This document shows, one piece after another, positions 10,846 through 24,294 of a stretch of 46,719 bases of DNA. The position numbers were made by a program, and so were the translations under genes. A model generated the notes under the pieces. The model worked only from the letters and a program-made list of their open reading frames with translations, made no database searches and was not told the origin of the DNA. The stretch lies in NCBI GenBank assembly GCA_038087875.1, contig JAXLNO010001170.1:62001-108719 (forward strand), written 5' to 3'. The stretch's first letter is position 1. Each line of letters begins with the position of its first letter. Source of the stretch: Malacoraja senta (Eukaryota).

Positions 10846-11203
10846 TACCTCGTTGGAGCCCCCTCGGATTATCTTTAATGGGACTTTTGCTGGGGGTTAC
10901 ATTGCATTAAACGTTATACCCTTCACCCTGCATCTGTACTCTGTACATTGCCAGCTCAATTGTAATCATGTATATTCTTTCCGCTGACTGGATAACAAGG
11001 GAAAACACTCGCCACTGCAGCTAGGGACACGTGACATTAAATTGCACTAAACTAAGTATGGTTGTATAATATATGGCATGATTTGTTCAGCGGAGGACGC
11101 GAAATCACGTTTCCCACCGTATCTCGTTACCGACGACTATAATAAACCAATAACAATACCAAATACAGTCAACATGTGCTTATTAGAGGTGTAGATCCCT
11201 ATC

Positions 11204-11283
11204 ACAGGAAGGGACTTCCTTGTCTGATGCTTTACTTCCTTCTATAGGCGCAGATGGCATACTCGTGCTCCCTCTGGTGGCGA
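11204..11283 (-). promoter_or_regulatory. Reverse-oriented CTCF motif (11265-11283) next to three GGAA (ETS-type) cores and a CAGATG E-box
   Basis: Minus strand TCGCCACCAGAGGGAGCAC; caggaagggacttcct, tacttcct and cagatgg on the + strand. Same motifs at 23701-23781. Confidence 0.6.
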
Positions 11284-11794
11284 CGTACGCTCAATGTTTT
11301 TTATCCATGGGACCAATAGTTTTAACATCATAGATAAGGGAGTAATAAAGAACTGCTCTGGTCGGATTGTATAGTTTATGAGAGCCCAGGCTAAACTGCA
11401 ACAGATTAATGATTCTTAATCTTCTCAGAAGGAATACGGGTGGTATCCTTGATGTAAGAATGGAATTTGGTCTGAAAAAAGTTGAAATGGTCCCTTTGGC
11501 CCACATTTTCCGTGCAGAATATGTTAAACTAGACTCTGGACCTGCACGTGATCCATGTCGCTCTATTCCCTGCATATCAATGTGCGTCTATTCAAGCATC
11601 TAAACGCTACTATTATATCTGCCTCCACCACCACCCCTGGCACCACAGGCACCCATCTTTTGTGTAAAAACTTGCCACGCACATTTTCGTCATCGGCCCA
11701 CTCACCTTAAAGCTGAATGCATTCAAGCTTTTGATATTCCCACCCTGGGTAAAAGGGTTCTAACCGAGACGAGGTGGTACTGTCTGGCATTTCG

Positions 11795-12703
11795 TTTAGA
11801 ACTGTGAAGAGGATGTTAGGAGGTTGCAGCGTGACCTGGACAGGTTGAGTGAGTGGGCAGATGCGTGGCAGATGCAGTGTAATATAGATAAATGTGAGAT
11901 CCACTTTGGCGGCAAAAACAAGGGGGCAGATTATTATCTCAATGGGGTTAGGTTAGGTAAGGGGGAGGTACAGTGAGACCTGGGTGTCCTTGTACACCGG
12001 TCACTGAAAGTTGGCGTGCAGGTACAGCAGGCAGTGAAGAAAGCTAATGGAATGTTGGCCTTCATAACAAGAGGATTTCGGTATAGGAGTAAAGAGGTTC
12101 TTCTGCAGTTGTATAGGGATCTGGTGAGACCACATCTGGAGTATTGTGTACAGTTTTGGTCTCCTAATTTGAGGAAGGACATCCTTGTGATTGAGGCAGT
12201 GCAGCGTAGGTTCACGAGATGGATCCCTGGGATGGCGGGACTGTCATATGAGGAAAGATTGAAAAGACGGCTTGTATCCAGTGGAGTTTAGAAGGATGAG
12301 GGGGATCTTATAGAAACATATAAAATTATAAAAGGACTGGACAAGCTAGATGCAGGAAAAATGTTCCCAATGTTGGGCGAGTCCAGAACAGAGGCCACAG
12401 TCTCAGAATAAAGGGGAGGTCATTTAAGACTGAGGTGAGAAAAAACTTTTTCACCCAGAGAGTTGTGAATTTATGGAATTCCCTTCCACAGAGGGCAGTG
12501 GAGGCCAACTCACTGGAGGGATTTAAGAGAGAGTTAGATAGAGCTCTTGGGGCTAGTGGAGTCAAGGGATTTGGGGCGAAGGCAGGCACGGGTTATTGAT
12601 AGGGGACGATCAGCCATGATCACAATGAATGGCGGTGCTGGCTCGAAGGGCCGAATGGCCTCCTCCTGCACCTATTTTCTATGTTTCTATGTTTCTATGT
12701 TTC
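11795..12703 (+). mobile_element. CR1-like LINE, 5'-truncated, degenerate RT
   Basis: [39 protein letters not shown]..; (TATGTTTC)n tail. Confidence 0.92.
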
Positions 12704-13080
12704 AGTTTGGAGATACAGCGCGGAAACAGGCCCTTCGGCCAACTGAGTTCGCGGCGACCAGCGATCTCCGTTGACTAGCACTGTCCTAAACATGCTAGAG
12801 ACAATTTACAATTGCACCGAGCCAATTGACCTACACACCTGTACGTCTTTGTAGTGTGGGAGAAAACCGGAAATCCAGGAGTAATTCCACTCAGGTCACG
12901 GAGAAAACGTACAAATTCCGTGCAGACAAGCACCCGTAATCACGATCGAACCCGGTTCTCTGGCGCTGTAAAGCACCAACTGTACCGCTGCGCCACCGTT
13001 GCACCCTAATGGTGTGGGGATTTACGCACATATGTGGCTACATAGGTTTATTGCTCCTGTTCTTGTTTCAACGGCATCAG

Positions 13081-13233
13081 CAGATACTGCCTGAGTCACT
13101 GAGTTCTTTCGTGGGTGCCCATGTACCTTCTCGGACAGTTCCATTGACTATCACTGGAGTCCTTCTCGCCGACTCTGCCGTGCATCTCAGCGCCATAGGG
13201 CCGAGACCGAAGCAGCGGGTCCGAACAAAGCCG
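13081..13233 (+). pseudogene. V relic psiV0-B
   Basis: SRTVPLTITGVLLADSAVHLSAIGP (Cys>Ser); decayed RSS. Confidence 0.75.
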
Positions 13234-14486
13234 AACCCTGGCAGTTTAAGCGGGGGACCACCTGGGAAACCTGGGATCTCCTCTGAACATGCATCAAATG
13301 TATTGCAAACAAGCTCCGTTCAAGCCTGTCCTCCAAAATCCTCCTGATGTTCACCAATTCTCCAATGGACGCGCGTACCCGCTTGCGTGCGGGCGTCTGC
13401 GTATGTACTTCGTCTATGGGATTGCGACACAAAATAACGGAGATAAATAGAGGGAGGCATTGAGACGTACATGCGGACCTTAGGCCCAACAGATCCATGC
13501 CGATCTAGATGTATTCAAGGTGTTTAGGAAGGAACTGTAGATGCTGGAACAATCGAAAGTAGACAGAAATGGTGGAGAAACTCAGCGGGTGTGGCAGCAT
13601 CTATGGAGTGAATGAATGGATGACGTTTCGAGTCGAGACCCTTCTTCAGACTGTCTGAAGAAGGAACTCGACCCGAAACGTCACCCATTCCTTCGCTCCA
13701 TAGATGCTGCCTCACCCGCTGAGTTTCTGGAGCATTTCTGTCTACCTAAGATGTATTCAAGAGTGAGTTAGATGTAACTCGTGGTGCTAACGGAGTCAAG
13801 GATATGGGGAGAAAGCAGGAATGGGATACATATTTTTGAGGATCAGCCGTGATAATATTATTTGGCGGTGCTTGTACGAAGGGCCGAATGGCCTAATACT
13901 GCACCTATTTTCTATGTTGCTATGTTTCTATGCCTAATCGAAGGTACTCCCATGTTTCGCATCTGGCGCATATCCTTCCAAATCTTTCCTACCCATGTAC
14001 GTATCCAAGCGTCTTTGAAATGCTGCTATAGTCCGTGCCCCAGCTACTGTACCTCATGTGGAAGCTCGTGAAAACGTTTCCCCTCAGGTTGCGATTAAAT
14101 CGTGCCGCTCCCATATTAAAACTATGTTCACTTGTTCTGGACTCCCGTACCCTTGCGAAAATATTGTGTGCATTCACCATATCCACTCCTCCCGTGATCT
14201 CTTATACACTTCTTTCAGATCACCCATCAGACTCTTGCGCTCCTGCAGATAAAATCATAACTTGCCCAATGTGACCCTATACGTAAGGTGCTCGAGTTCT
14301 TGCAATATTTCCGATTGAAGAGTTTGGAGAAATCACAAAAACCCAAACAAGCACGCAGATGAGAAGAAAGATTGACTGCACGAACAAGGGAGCGAGAGAG
14401 GAAGAGGGGGACGGTGGGGAGATAGATGGAGTGTCAGAAAGATATTCGGATAGAAAGAAAGTAGACAACTAAACAGATAGAGCAAG

Positions 14487-14636
14487 NNNNNNNNNNNNNN
14501 NNNNNNNNNNNNNNNNNNNNNNNNNNNNNNNNNNNNNNNNNNNNNNNNNNNNNNNNNNNNNNNNNNNNNNNNNNNNNNNNNNNNNNNNNNNNNNNNNNNN
14601 NNNNNNNNNNNNNNNNNNNNNNNNNNNNNNNNNNNN
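14487..14636. other. Assembly gap (150 N) over a GA microsatellite
   Basis: Same flanks as 2189-2360 and 26991-27116. Confidence 0.85.
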
Positions 14637-14877
14637 GAACGAAGCGCAAGGAAAGATAGAGGTGGAACAAATTAGCTTGCGTAAAGTGAGCAGGCATGTG
14701 CTTAAATTGCATCGGTTGTGATCAATCAACCGTTCAAGAGGGGAACGCCCCTTAGTCTCCCCAACAGAAAAAAACCTGCCCCTGATTTCCGTCTCCTCCC
14801 ACATGTACTGTACAACGCGAGACATGAACGCAGTCGAATCATTTCTGCCTCACAGAGCTGTTTATAACCTACAGGCC

Positions 14878-14922
14878 ATGAACACCTTCTGGTCTATACT
14901 GATGATAATTTTCGTACTTCCT
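14878..14922 (+). pseudogene. Orphan leader La-B, donor deleted
   Basis: MNTFWSILMIIFVLP with the same 9-nt donor deletion. Confidence 0.8.
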
Positions 14923-15901
14923 GTGTTTCAATGGTTCCGAAGCGGAAAGTGTCTTTGATACAATGACATATTGCTCACAGGTTCTTTGAGTCTCTGTTGC
15001 AATTTTCCGCGAGCGAAACGTGTCTTTGATACAGGCGCGACAGCCATCCCAAACTCTAGATATTTTTCCGTGATGCTTTCCTTCCAGCCAGGGGTCTCTT
15101 TCTATTGTCCTCCCCATTGGATCTCGCAAGGCAGCCTCCCATGAAGACAAGGGCTTGGAGAGAACGTTGCACTCCGATGGTGACCTCCGTCGTTTTGTCA
15201 CCCAGTTTCTGCAACTAGCGAAACGCTGGTTTGCTTTGCGATTGGTGATAACCGGTCTGTCCAAGTGCGGAAACTGACACGCTGAACGCTCGCAAGTTAG
15301 TTCTGATATCTCCGGGAACACCGCGGTACATCTCCAAAGAAATTCAAAAGTAAAGGAGGCGGGGAGGTTAGTGAGGGGCGTCGGGAGCCAGACAGACATA
15401 AGGTCAGACGCGCGAGATCAACCATTGCACGCAAATGAACTCCAATTCCCCAACTTACTTAACAGTTTATTGACTTTTCACTCACATCCTCGCACTTTGG
15501 CCCCTTACACTTCGCACATTCAGCTGCTCGTCTCCCGGGTAACTTTTCCTCCATGTTTGCTCCCCACGACCTGATCATACACTTGTGACAAGTCATGGCG
15601 AAAGGCATTACAACAGTACTCAGTGAAAATAATTCAACGATGTTCAAAACCGACAGAATGGTGTTGAACAGTCGGTAGAAGCTTTACATAATCTGAAGAG
15701 TGTCGCTGCACCTCCCCCTCCCCCCACCTCGTGGTGGGCGGGTCTTAAGGGAACGGGCTCACATTGCGTGGATTATGACAACCCATCCAATCCGGCGTCA
15801 GATGCACGCCACATTGCCTCCTAAAGACATCAGCATCTGTCGTCCGATATCAGATGCGGGGCAGCGAGATCTTGAAAACAACTAACTCTTCTCTGTTTGC
15901 C

Positions 15902-17251
15902 ATGTGGTCTACATGTTCTTTGCTCGTAATAACGTTCGTCCTGCCGAGTAAGTCTGCGTTTAAACGCTCACTATGTGCACCTAGACTCTGATAAGATAGA
16001 AGTTTGCAAACATTATAGCACGCACAGATAGGGTAGAATGTCAAAACACATTTTCTCAAGGTTGACGTGTCAAAGTCTGGAGGGCGCAGATTTAAGGTGA
16101 AAGTAGCAATGTTTAAAGGAGATGTGCGGGGAAAGGGGTAACGGGTGCCTGGCACAGACTGCAAGGGGGTGTCAATGCAGGCATAGATGAAAGTGGTGTT
16201 TACCAGATTATTAGGTAGGCATATGACAATAGACAATTGACAATAGACAATAGACAATAGGTGCAGTATTAGGCCATTCGCCACTTCAAGACAGCACCGC
16301 GGTTCAATGTGATCATGGCTGATCATCCAAATCCACATTCCCGTTCCGGCCTTCTCCCCATATCCCCTGACTCCGCTATCTTCAAGAGCCATATCTAGCT
16401 CTCTCTTGAATGTAACCAGAGAACCGGCCTCCACCGCCCTCTGAGGCAGGGAATTCCACAACGAAACAACTCCCTGTGTGAAAAAAAGTGTTTCCTCATC
16501 ACCGTTCTAAATAGCTTACCCCTTATTTTTAAACTATGGCACCTGGGTCTGGACTCTCCCAACATCGGAAACATGTTTCCTGCCTCTAGCGTGTCCAAAC
16601 CCTTAATTATCTTATATGTTTCAATAAGATGCCCTCTCATCCTTCTAAATTCCAGAGTGTGCAAGCCCAGCCGCTCCATTCGCTCAGCATGTGACAGTCC
16701 CGCCATCCCGGGAATTAACCTTGTGAAATTACGCTGCACTCCCTCAATAGCAAGAACAGGGATAAGCAGGGAATGGAGGGATAGGGATTATGTCAAGCAA
16801 GAGAGATTAGTTTATTTTAGCATTTTGCTCGGCACCGATATTGTGAAGGAAGGTCTGTTCTTGTGCTGTACAGATCGATGTTATTTGTTGGTTATTTGTT
16901 GTAGGCTTTCAGCTTCATCGCTTGTTTTTTTTGCTTTATTACAGGAAGCAACGGCGAAGAGTCCATGTCTCAATATCCGCCTGAACTCACTGTTGTTGAA
17001 GGACAGGCCGTAATACTTAATTGCAATTACCCCAAATCTTACAATAATGATGTCGCTTTCTGGTACATTCAGAACGGTGGGCATGCGCCGAAATATCTAC
17101 TAAAAAAAATTAATGCATACACCGGAGATCGGGCTCATGATTTGCCAGAGAGGTTTTCTGCTGCTTACCACAAAGGAAATCTCTCGATACCTTTAAGTAT
17201 CTCCGGCGTCCTTGTCTCCGATTCCGCCGTGTATCTCTGCGCCATGAGGCC
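15902..17251 (+). CDS. V segment V1-B (leader Lb 15902-15947, V exon 16945-17251), apparently functional
   Basis: Leader with A|gtaagt donor; open V exon, Cys/Trp/Cys intact, ends CAMRP. Confidence 0.85.
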
Positions 17252-17331
17252 CACACTGCGGCATTGAAGCAGCTGATCCGAACAAAAACTATCTCCCGTC
17301 ATTTCTCTCGAATCTTCACCAGAGGGCGCTC
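17252..17331 (+). promoter_or_regulatory. 23-RSS (17252-17290) + CTCF motif (17313-17331) of V1-B
   Basis: CACACTG-23-ACAAAAACT; TCTTCACCAGAGGGCGCTC. Confidence 0.9.
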
Positions 17332-19421
17332 TCTTCCATCTTCCAAAAACACTCCACCCCAAAATAGAATATTACCCTCAAACACGAAGCGCAGAGCTTC
17401 ATCTTCCAACTTACTTTAGATTATTTTGTTTGTTTTTATTCCTACTTGTCGACTGGCCTTTTTCTTTTGCATTCCCCATCTAAATTCCATCTTTTATCCT
17501 CGCAGCTCCTGACGTGATTTCCCCCCCATAATGCACCGCAAGGCTCCTGTTTCCACCTCACCACTCCGCGACATGCGTTTAACAAATGATTCTAGAAAGG
17601 AGGGTTCGAAATCAGACCTCAGTAGGAATACAATCAACCAACAAAACAGGGCGGCACAGTGGCGCAGCTGGAAGTGCTGCAGCCTCACTGCGCCAGCGAC
17701 CCGGTTTCGATTCTGACCTGTCTGTGTGGAGTTTGCAGGTTATCCCTGTAATCGCGTGGATTTCCCCCGGGTGTTCCGGTTTCCTCGCATAACCAAAGGA
17801 CTTGCGGGTTTGTAAGTTTGTTGGGCTCTATAAATTGCCCCTGGTGTGTAGGGAGTGGAAGACAAAGTGGGATAACGTTCGCTAGTGCGAACGTGTGATC
17901 GATGGTCTGCATGCACTCGATGGGCGGAAGGGCCAATTTTTTCCGCGCTGTGTCTCTAAACAAAATTGAACCATAGTCAAAACACAGAAAAATGCAGAGC
18001 TTTGGAAGAAAGTTTTGAGAGACTTCGCGATATAGGGATGCATGCCCGAGGAATCATCAAATCCTTATATTAATATTACATCGTTACGTGATCAGGTCGC
18101 ATTAAGAACGTTAGAAGACGATAAATAAAAGAGTAAAACCATGTCCCCTTTTGTTCTTTTTGCTCCTACATTGAGAGTGAAGACTCTCTGCATCACCCCA
18201 TCTATTCCCCTCATTGTGTTATGAACCACTGTAAGATCAATCTCCGGCTTCCTGCCCTCCAAATGTATAAAATCACAGGCTGTACAACTTCTTCCTCTGG
18301 CTCAGGCCCCCGTGTTTCAAGTCGAGTCCAGAATCCGGAGGACAAACATACTAAACGTCATGAAGAACTCAGCGGGTCCAGCAGCACCTGCGGCAAGAGG
18401 TCAACGATTCGGTGAAGACCCAAGGCCAATATTGCCCCTTCTCCTTTCCACGGGTCTAAAACAGATTTTATTGTTCTGTTGGGGCATTTATAAACGCTGT
18501 GGTCTGTGATTATTAATTGGAATATATTTCACACAATGACATAAAGAGAATACCGCACACCGGATAAGGAAATGATATAATTGAGCCAACTCTGTATTTC
18601 CTCGGGAGGCTATAGTCTATGTATCTATGTATCTATGTATCGCTGCATCTGCAAAACGCCCTTGACCCGTGTATGAAATGGAGAGCCAGAAAATGGAGAG
18701 ACAGACAGACAAACGTAGCCTATGAACACCGACAGCAACATGAATGGCGCTGCAGAGAAAGACGATGCATGTAGAGAAACATCGAGGTTCTGATACAAGA
18801 GATAAAAGAGAAAGAGAAAAATTATCCACCTAAATGGAAAGGGCGGTGAGGAGAAGGGGAGAACGAGCACGAGATAGTGGAAGTGAGGAGAGTGAGTGAA
18901 GAGAAGAGATATTGAGCGTGAGAAAAGGAGAAGGACTGAGAGAGAGTAGAGAGTGTACGTTTGAGAGAGAGTGTGTGTGTGTGTATGTGCGTGTGAGAGA
19001 AAGACAGAGAAAACGAATGTGTGCAGGCATTTGAGAGCGAAAGATGGAAGAGAAGGGAGAGAGAGGAGAGATGAGGAGAAGGGGACAGATAGTGTGAAAA
19101 TAGAGTGTACGCTCCACAGAGAATGTGAGAGGGAAGCGAAGGGATTGATGGGAGAGAAAAAGAGTGGGAGTGGCACACAGTGTGCGTGTTCGAGAGAGAG
19201 TCAGAGAAAGAGCGAGAGAGAAAAAAAGAAACTCGGGTTTTGCCCGAACGTGTGAAATTAGAAGGCGGAGCGATTTCCGCGAAACCAACCAATCCAACAC
19301 GAGGGAACTGTCCCCGATTATCTTTAATGCGCCTGGTCTGAGCTTTGTGTCGCATGTCTGATGCGAGGCGTGAACATACTATAAACATTTTCTCCTCGAC
19401 TCTTCGTTCAAACCGGACACC

Positions 19422-20181
19422 ATGAGTACCTCGTGGTCCTTTTTGATAATGATGTTTGTGCTGCCCGGTAAGTCTGTGTTTAACTGCTCAGTGTTCCGTC
19501 CGGGGCTCCAATTTACCGTCGGACTGGGCGGCACGGTGGCGTAACGGTAGAGCTACCGCCTCACAGCCCCAGTGACCCGGGTTCGATCCCGACTACGGGT
19601 GTTTGGCTGTACAGAGTTTGTACGTTCTCCCCGTGACCTGCGTGGGTTTTCTCCGAGATCTTTCTGTTTCTTCCCACACTCCAAAGACGTACAGATTAGT
19701 AAGTTAATTGGGGGCATGGTGTAAATGCAAAACTGTCCCTCGTGTGTGGAGCTTAGTGGTAATTTGCGGGGATCGCTGGTCGGTGTGGACACGGTGGGCT
19801 GAAGGGCCTGTTTGCGCGCTGTATCTCCAAACTAAACTAAACGATTCACTCGAGTGTTATGTTCGTTCTTACAGGGACGGGCGGCGAAGAGTCCGTGTCC
19901 CAGGATCCGCCGGAACAAACGGCCGTGGAAGGACAAAGCGTCACAATGAACTGCAGTTACTCTGCAGCGTTCAATGCCGTCGCGGCTTTCTGGTACATCC
20001 AATATCCCGGGGAGGCGCCAAGATATCTACTCAAGAGACTGCACACTGGGTTTGCGGACCAGTCGCCGGATTTGCCAGACAGGTTTTCCGCTGTTTTTCA
20101 GAAAGATAGTAGGACGGTCCCTTTAATTATCTCCGCGGCCCTTGTTTCAGAATCGGCCGTGTACCTGTGCGCCATGACGCC
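19422..20181 (+). CDS. V segment V2-B (leader 19422-19467, V exon 19875-20181), open; FR3 DSAVY>ESAVY
   Basis: MSTSWSFLIMMFVLP G|gtaagt; Cys/Trp/Cys intact; 8 differences in 307 nt from V2-A. Confidence 0.88.
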
Positions 20182-20259
20182 CACACTGGTGCAGTGAATC
20201 AACGGACCGCGACAAAAACCTTACCCGCCACTCCCGCGACCGCTCGCCAGAGGGCGCGC
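20182..20259 (+). promoter_or_regulatory. 23-RSS (20182-20220) + CTCF motif (20241-20259) of V2-B
   Basis: CACACTG-23-ACAAAAACC; CGCTCGCCAGAGGGCGCGC. Confidence 0.9.
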
Positions 20260-20475
20260 TCACCCGGCTAAACGAAGGAGGTGCTTTTGCCAATCGGCGG
20301 AGAACAAATACGCTGTAGGTGCCTAATGTCTACAGTATATTTCCCTTTGTCTCTACAGGTTTAGCTCATCCTGTCGGGGCGGCACAGTAGGTCAGCGGTA
20401 GAGTTGCTGCCTTGTAGCGCCAGAGACTCGGGTTCGATGCTTACCTCGGGCGTTGCCTGTGTGGAGTTCACAGCT

Positions 20476-20552
20476 CACCCTGCTTGAGGGACGCAGCAGG
20501 CCCGGACAAAAACGCACGACGTGATACGGCGCGCGGCCACCAGGGGGCGCAC
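20476..20552 (+). promoter_or_regulatory. Orphan 23-RSS (20476-20514) + CTCF motif (20534-20552), unit B copy
   Basis: CACCCTG-23-ACAAAAACG; CGGCCACCAGGGGGCGCAC. Confidence 0.85.
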
Positions 20553-21470
20553 TGGCTGCTTACATAGAACCAGAGAATCAGAAGTAACAAAGTACTTCAG
20601 AAGCCGGTTTATATCAAACATAGACACAAAGTGACCGTGCCCTCCGCATTTGTCCAATGCTCTGCACTAGTCTTTTCACTACTTCCACAGTTCACTACTC
20701 TTGACAACACATCTCCGCAAGCCAATAATTGGCTGACCAGAGCACCACCCTGCCTGAGGTCATTTGTTGCCGGGCCGGATTTTTTTCCTGGTCTTTATTC
20801 GTCTCCGAGTAAAGTGACAGAGATGAAGATTGAGACAGGCAGAGTGAAGAGCCAGAGAGAGCAATTGATACCGATCGATCGTCACGGAGGATCCGCCGGA
20901 GTTAATTGGTAAGGAAGCACATGCAATACATAGATCATAGAACAATTCATAGAACAGGCGGACTATCTTTGATCGGACTTTACTGGCTTTACCTTGCACT
21001 AAACGTTATTCCCTTATCACGTATATATACACTGTAAATGGCTCGATTGTAAACATGTATTGTCTTTCCACTGACTGGTTAGCACGCAACAAAAACTTTT
21101 CTCTGTACCTCATTACATGTGACAATAAACTAAACTGAACTGAATACAGCACAGGAACAGGCCTTTCTGCCCACAGTGACCAAGTCAAGCATGATACCAC
21201 GTTAAACTAATATCTGTCCCTGCTCGTTATTACTGAGGTGCAGGTACTGAACAGCTGCTTCCGATCCTTCGCGTTACATTCAGCACCCATGAAGAACGTC
21301 GGTCCTATTTGCATTCAGATGACGCATGCAACGTAGATTCCTGCCCAACCAACGTGGGCTGCGAGACCAACCAACCCCGAACCAGGGTGACGCCCTCTAA
21401 CTGCAACAAAAGGACACCAACCTTCAACATGCGTTGACAACATTCTCTTATCCGCCTCCAGAACAACGCC

Positions 21471-21886
21471 ATGTGTGTCCTGCTGATATTGATTCTTGTG
21501 TTTTCCGGTGGGTCTGGCTAGGGTTGCGTGCCGAGGGTTTGATTTACCTCCGGAATGCTCACAATGTTGTGCTTTGTTACAGGAGCCCGCGGCGACGATG
21601 ACGTGTCCCAGAAACCGCCGAAACTGGCGATAGACGAAGGGCAGACCGCAGAGCTGAATTTCACGTTTACCGCAGCTTACGATGGCAAAACTGCCTTCTG
21701 GTACGTCCAGCACGCAGGGGAAGCGCCGAGATATATACTGAAGAAATCAAACACATTCGATCAACGATCTCCTGATTTCCCAGACAGGTTTTCTGCCGCT
21801 TTTCTCAAAGAGAGTAGGACGGTGACTTTGAACATCGCGGGGGCTCTCCTCTCAGATTCTGCCGTGTATCTCTGTGGCATGGAGCC
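21471..21886 (+). pseudogene. V3-B (leader 21471-21507, V exon 21583-21886): open frame but first conserved Cys>Phe
   Basis: AELNFTF (TTC) versus AELNCTF (TGC) in V3-A; the intradomain disulfide cannot form. Confidence 0.75.
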
Positions 21887-21964
21887 CACACTGACTCAGA
21901 GAAGCAGCGGTCCCGGACAAAAACCTGCGGAGGACATCCGACGAGATGTCACCAGAGGGCGCTC
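21887..21964 (+). promoter_or_regulatory. 23-RSS (21887-21925) + CTCF motif (21946-21964) of V3-B
   Basis: CACACTG-23-ACAAAAACC; ATGTCACCAGAGGGCGCTC. Confidence 0.9.
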
Positions 21965-22289
21965 TCGCTGGTCATGTGGAAGTAAGCAGATATATCAGTT
22001 TCCTGGCATCCAAAGAAGTTGTGATTTAAACCTTCTTGTACGAGTGGAACCACGATTCTCCGAACGTTCTTTAAAATCTGAAATTGTTAAATCCTACACA
22101 ATTGTAAATCCCACAAATATTTAGGTTTGACAGCACTGAAACAACAAGTGTGCCGATTATGAAAGACACCTTTGACCTTTGTTCGGTCGGTGTCTATTCC
22201 AGCTCCACGCATTTCCATTGACTCCCCATGATTCTACCACTCCTATCGACTATATCAGCACTCCACATTGTCTGGGGGGGGGGGGGGAA

Positions 22290-22600
22290 CAGTTAAACCT
22301 AATGAAAATTAATTTACACGCCGGTCATTTCCTCTTCGCCCTTCTACCGCCGGGCGGAAGAAGCAAAAGCTCAAAGCAGACACCACCAGTTTCAAGAATA
22401 GTTTCTTCTTCGCTGCTATAAATTTTTATTAATATACCTCTCTCACTTGACAAGGATTTATTTTCGATCTTCCGACCTACCTCGTTCGGCCCTTGCATTG
22501 ATCTCTGCGTTTCACACTATATTCATCACTCTGTTTCCTTTGCCTTTTTCAACTACACGGAACTGAACTATCATATCACCAACTAGAGAGCGGCCCTGAG
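22290..22600 (+). mobile_element. Rex1/Babar-like LINE 3' remnant
   Basis: HAGHFLFALLPPGGRSK...ccagtttcaagaatagtttcttc resembles the HP..SLF.LLPSG.R....T.RFKNSFFP end motif. Unit A copy (~9860-10080) lacks ~258 bp. Confidence 0.55.
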
Positions 22601-23700
22601 CTGCCATAACCTCGAAGATAGACACAAAATGCTGGAGTAACTTAGCGGGTTAGGCTGCATCTCTGGAGAGAAGGAATGGGTGACGTTTCGGGTCGAGACC
22701 CTTCTTCAAACTGATGTCAGGGGAGTGGGCGGGACAGGCATAGCATGCAATGGAGACTGTAAGACTGGTGGAAGAACTGGGAAGGGGGAGGGAATAGAGA
22801 CAGAGTGAAAGCAAGGGCTGTTTGAAGTTAGAGAAGTCAATGTTCATATCGCTGGGGCCTAAGCTACCCAAGCGAAATATGAGGTGCTGTTCCTTCAATT
22901 TGCGCTGGACCTCACTCTGACAATGGAGGAGGCCCAGGACAGAAAGGTCAGATTGGGAATGGGCGGGGAATTAAAGTGCTGAGCAACCAGGAGATGAGGT
23001 AGGTTGAGGCGGACTGAGCGAAGGTGTTCAGCGAAACGATCGCAAAGCCTGCGCATGGTCTCGCCGATTAACACCTGGAATAGCGGATGCAGCAGAAGTG
23101 GTTGTAGGAGGTGAAAGTGAACCTCTGGCGCACCTGCAAGGACTGTCGGGGTCCTTGGATGCAGTCGAGGGGGGGGAGAGAGAAAGGGACAGGCGTTGCA
23201 TCTCCTGCTGTTGCAGGGGCAAGTACCTGGCGAGGGGGTGGTTTGGGTGGGATGGGGCGAGTTGACCAGGGAGTTGCGGAGGGAACGGTCTCTGAGGAAA
23301 GCAGTAAAGGGTGGGGATGGGAAGATGTGGCCAGTAGTGCCATTTACCTCGTTGGAGCCCCTCGGATTATCTTTAATGGGACTTTTGCTGGGGGTTACAT
23401 TGCATTAAACGTTATACCCTTCACCCTGCATCTGTACACTGTACATTGCCAGCTCAATTGTAATCATGTATATTCTTTCCGCTGACTGGATAACAAGGTA
23501 AAACACTCGCCACTGCAGCGAGGGACACGTGACATTAAATTACACTAAACTAAGTATAGTTGTATAATATATGGCATGATTTGTTCTGCAGAGGACGCGA
23601 AATTACGTTTCCCACCGTATCTCGGTACCGACGACTATAATAAACCAATAACAATACCAAATACAGTCTACATGTGCTTAATAGAGGTGTAGATCCCGAT

Positions 23701-23781
23701 CACAGGAAGGGACTTCCTTGTCTAATGCTTTACTTCCTTCTATAGGCGCAGATGGCATACTCGTGCTCCCTCTGGTGGCGA
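23701..23781 (-). promoter_or_regulatory. Reverse CTCF motif (23763-23781) with ETS/E-box cluster, unit B copy
   Basis: Same motifs as 11204-11283. Confidence 0.6.
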
Positions 23782-24294
23782 CGTACGGTCAATGTTTTTT
23801 ATCCATGGGACCAATAGTTTTAACATCATAGATAACGGAGTAATAAAGAACTGCTCTGGTCGGATTGTATAATTTATGAGAGCCCAGGCTAAACTGCAAC
23901 AGATTAATGATTCTTAATCTTCTCGGAAGGAATACGGTGGTAGCCTTGATGTAAGAATGGAATTTGAGCTGAAAAAAGTTGAAATGGTCCCTTTGGCCCA
24001 CATTTTCCGTGCAGAATATGTTAAACTAGACTCTGGACCTGCACGTGATCCATGTCGCTCTATTCCCTGCATATCAATGTGCGTCTATTTAAGCATCTAA
24101 ACGCTACTATTATATCTGCCTCCACCACCACCCCTGGAACCACAGGCACCGATCTTTTGTGTAAAAAGCTTGCCACGCACATTTTCGTCATCGGCGCACT
24201 CACCTTAAAGCTGAATGCATTCAAGCTTTTGATATTCTCACCCTGGGTAAAAGGGTTCTAACCGAGACGAGGTGGTACTGTCTGGCATTTCGTT

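Noticed and set aside
11284-11334. Possible inverted RSS upstream of the reverse CTCF site (ataaaaaac on the minus strand)
   Set aside because: No heptamer at 12 or 23 nt and spacing to the motif is 12 nt, not 19-22; no inverted V exon nearby.
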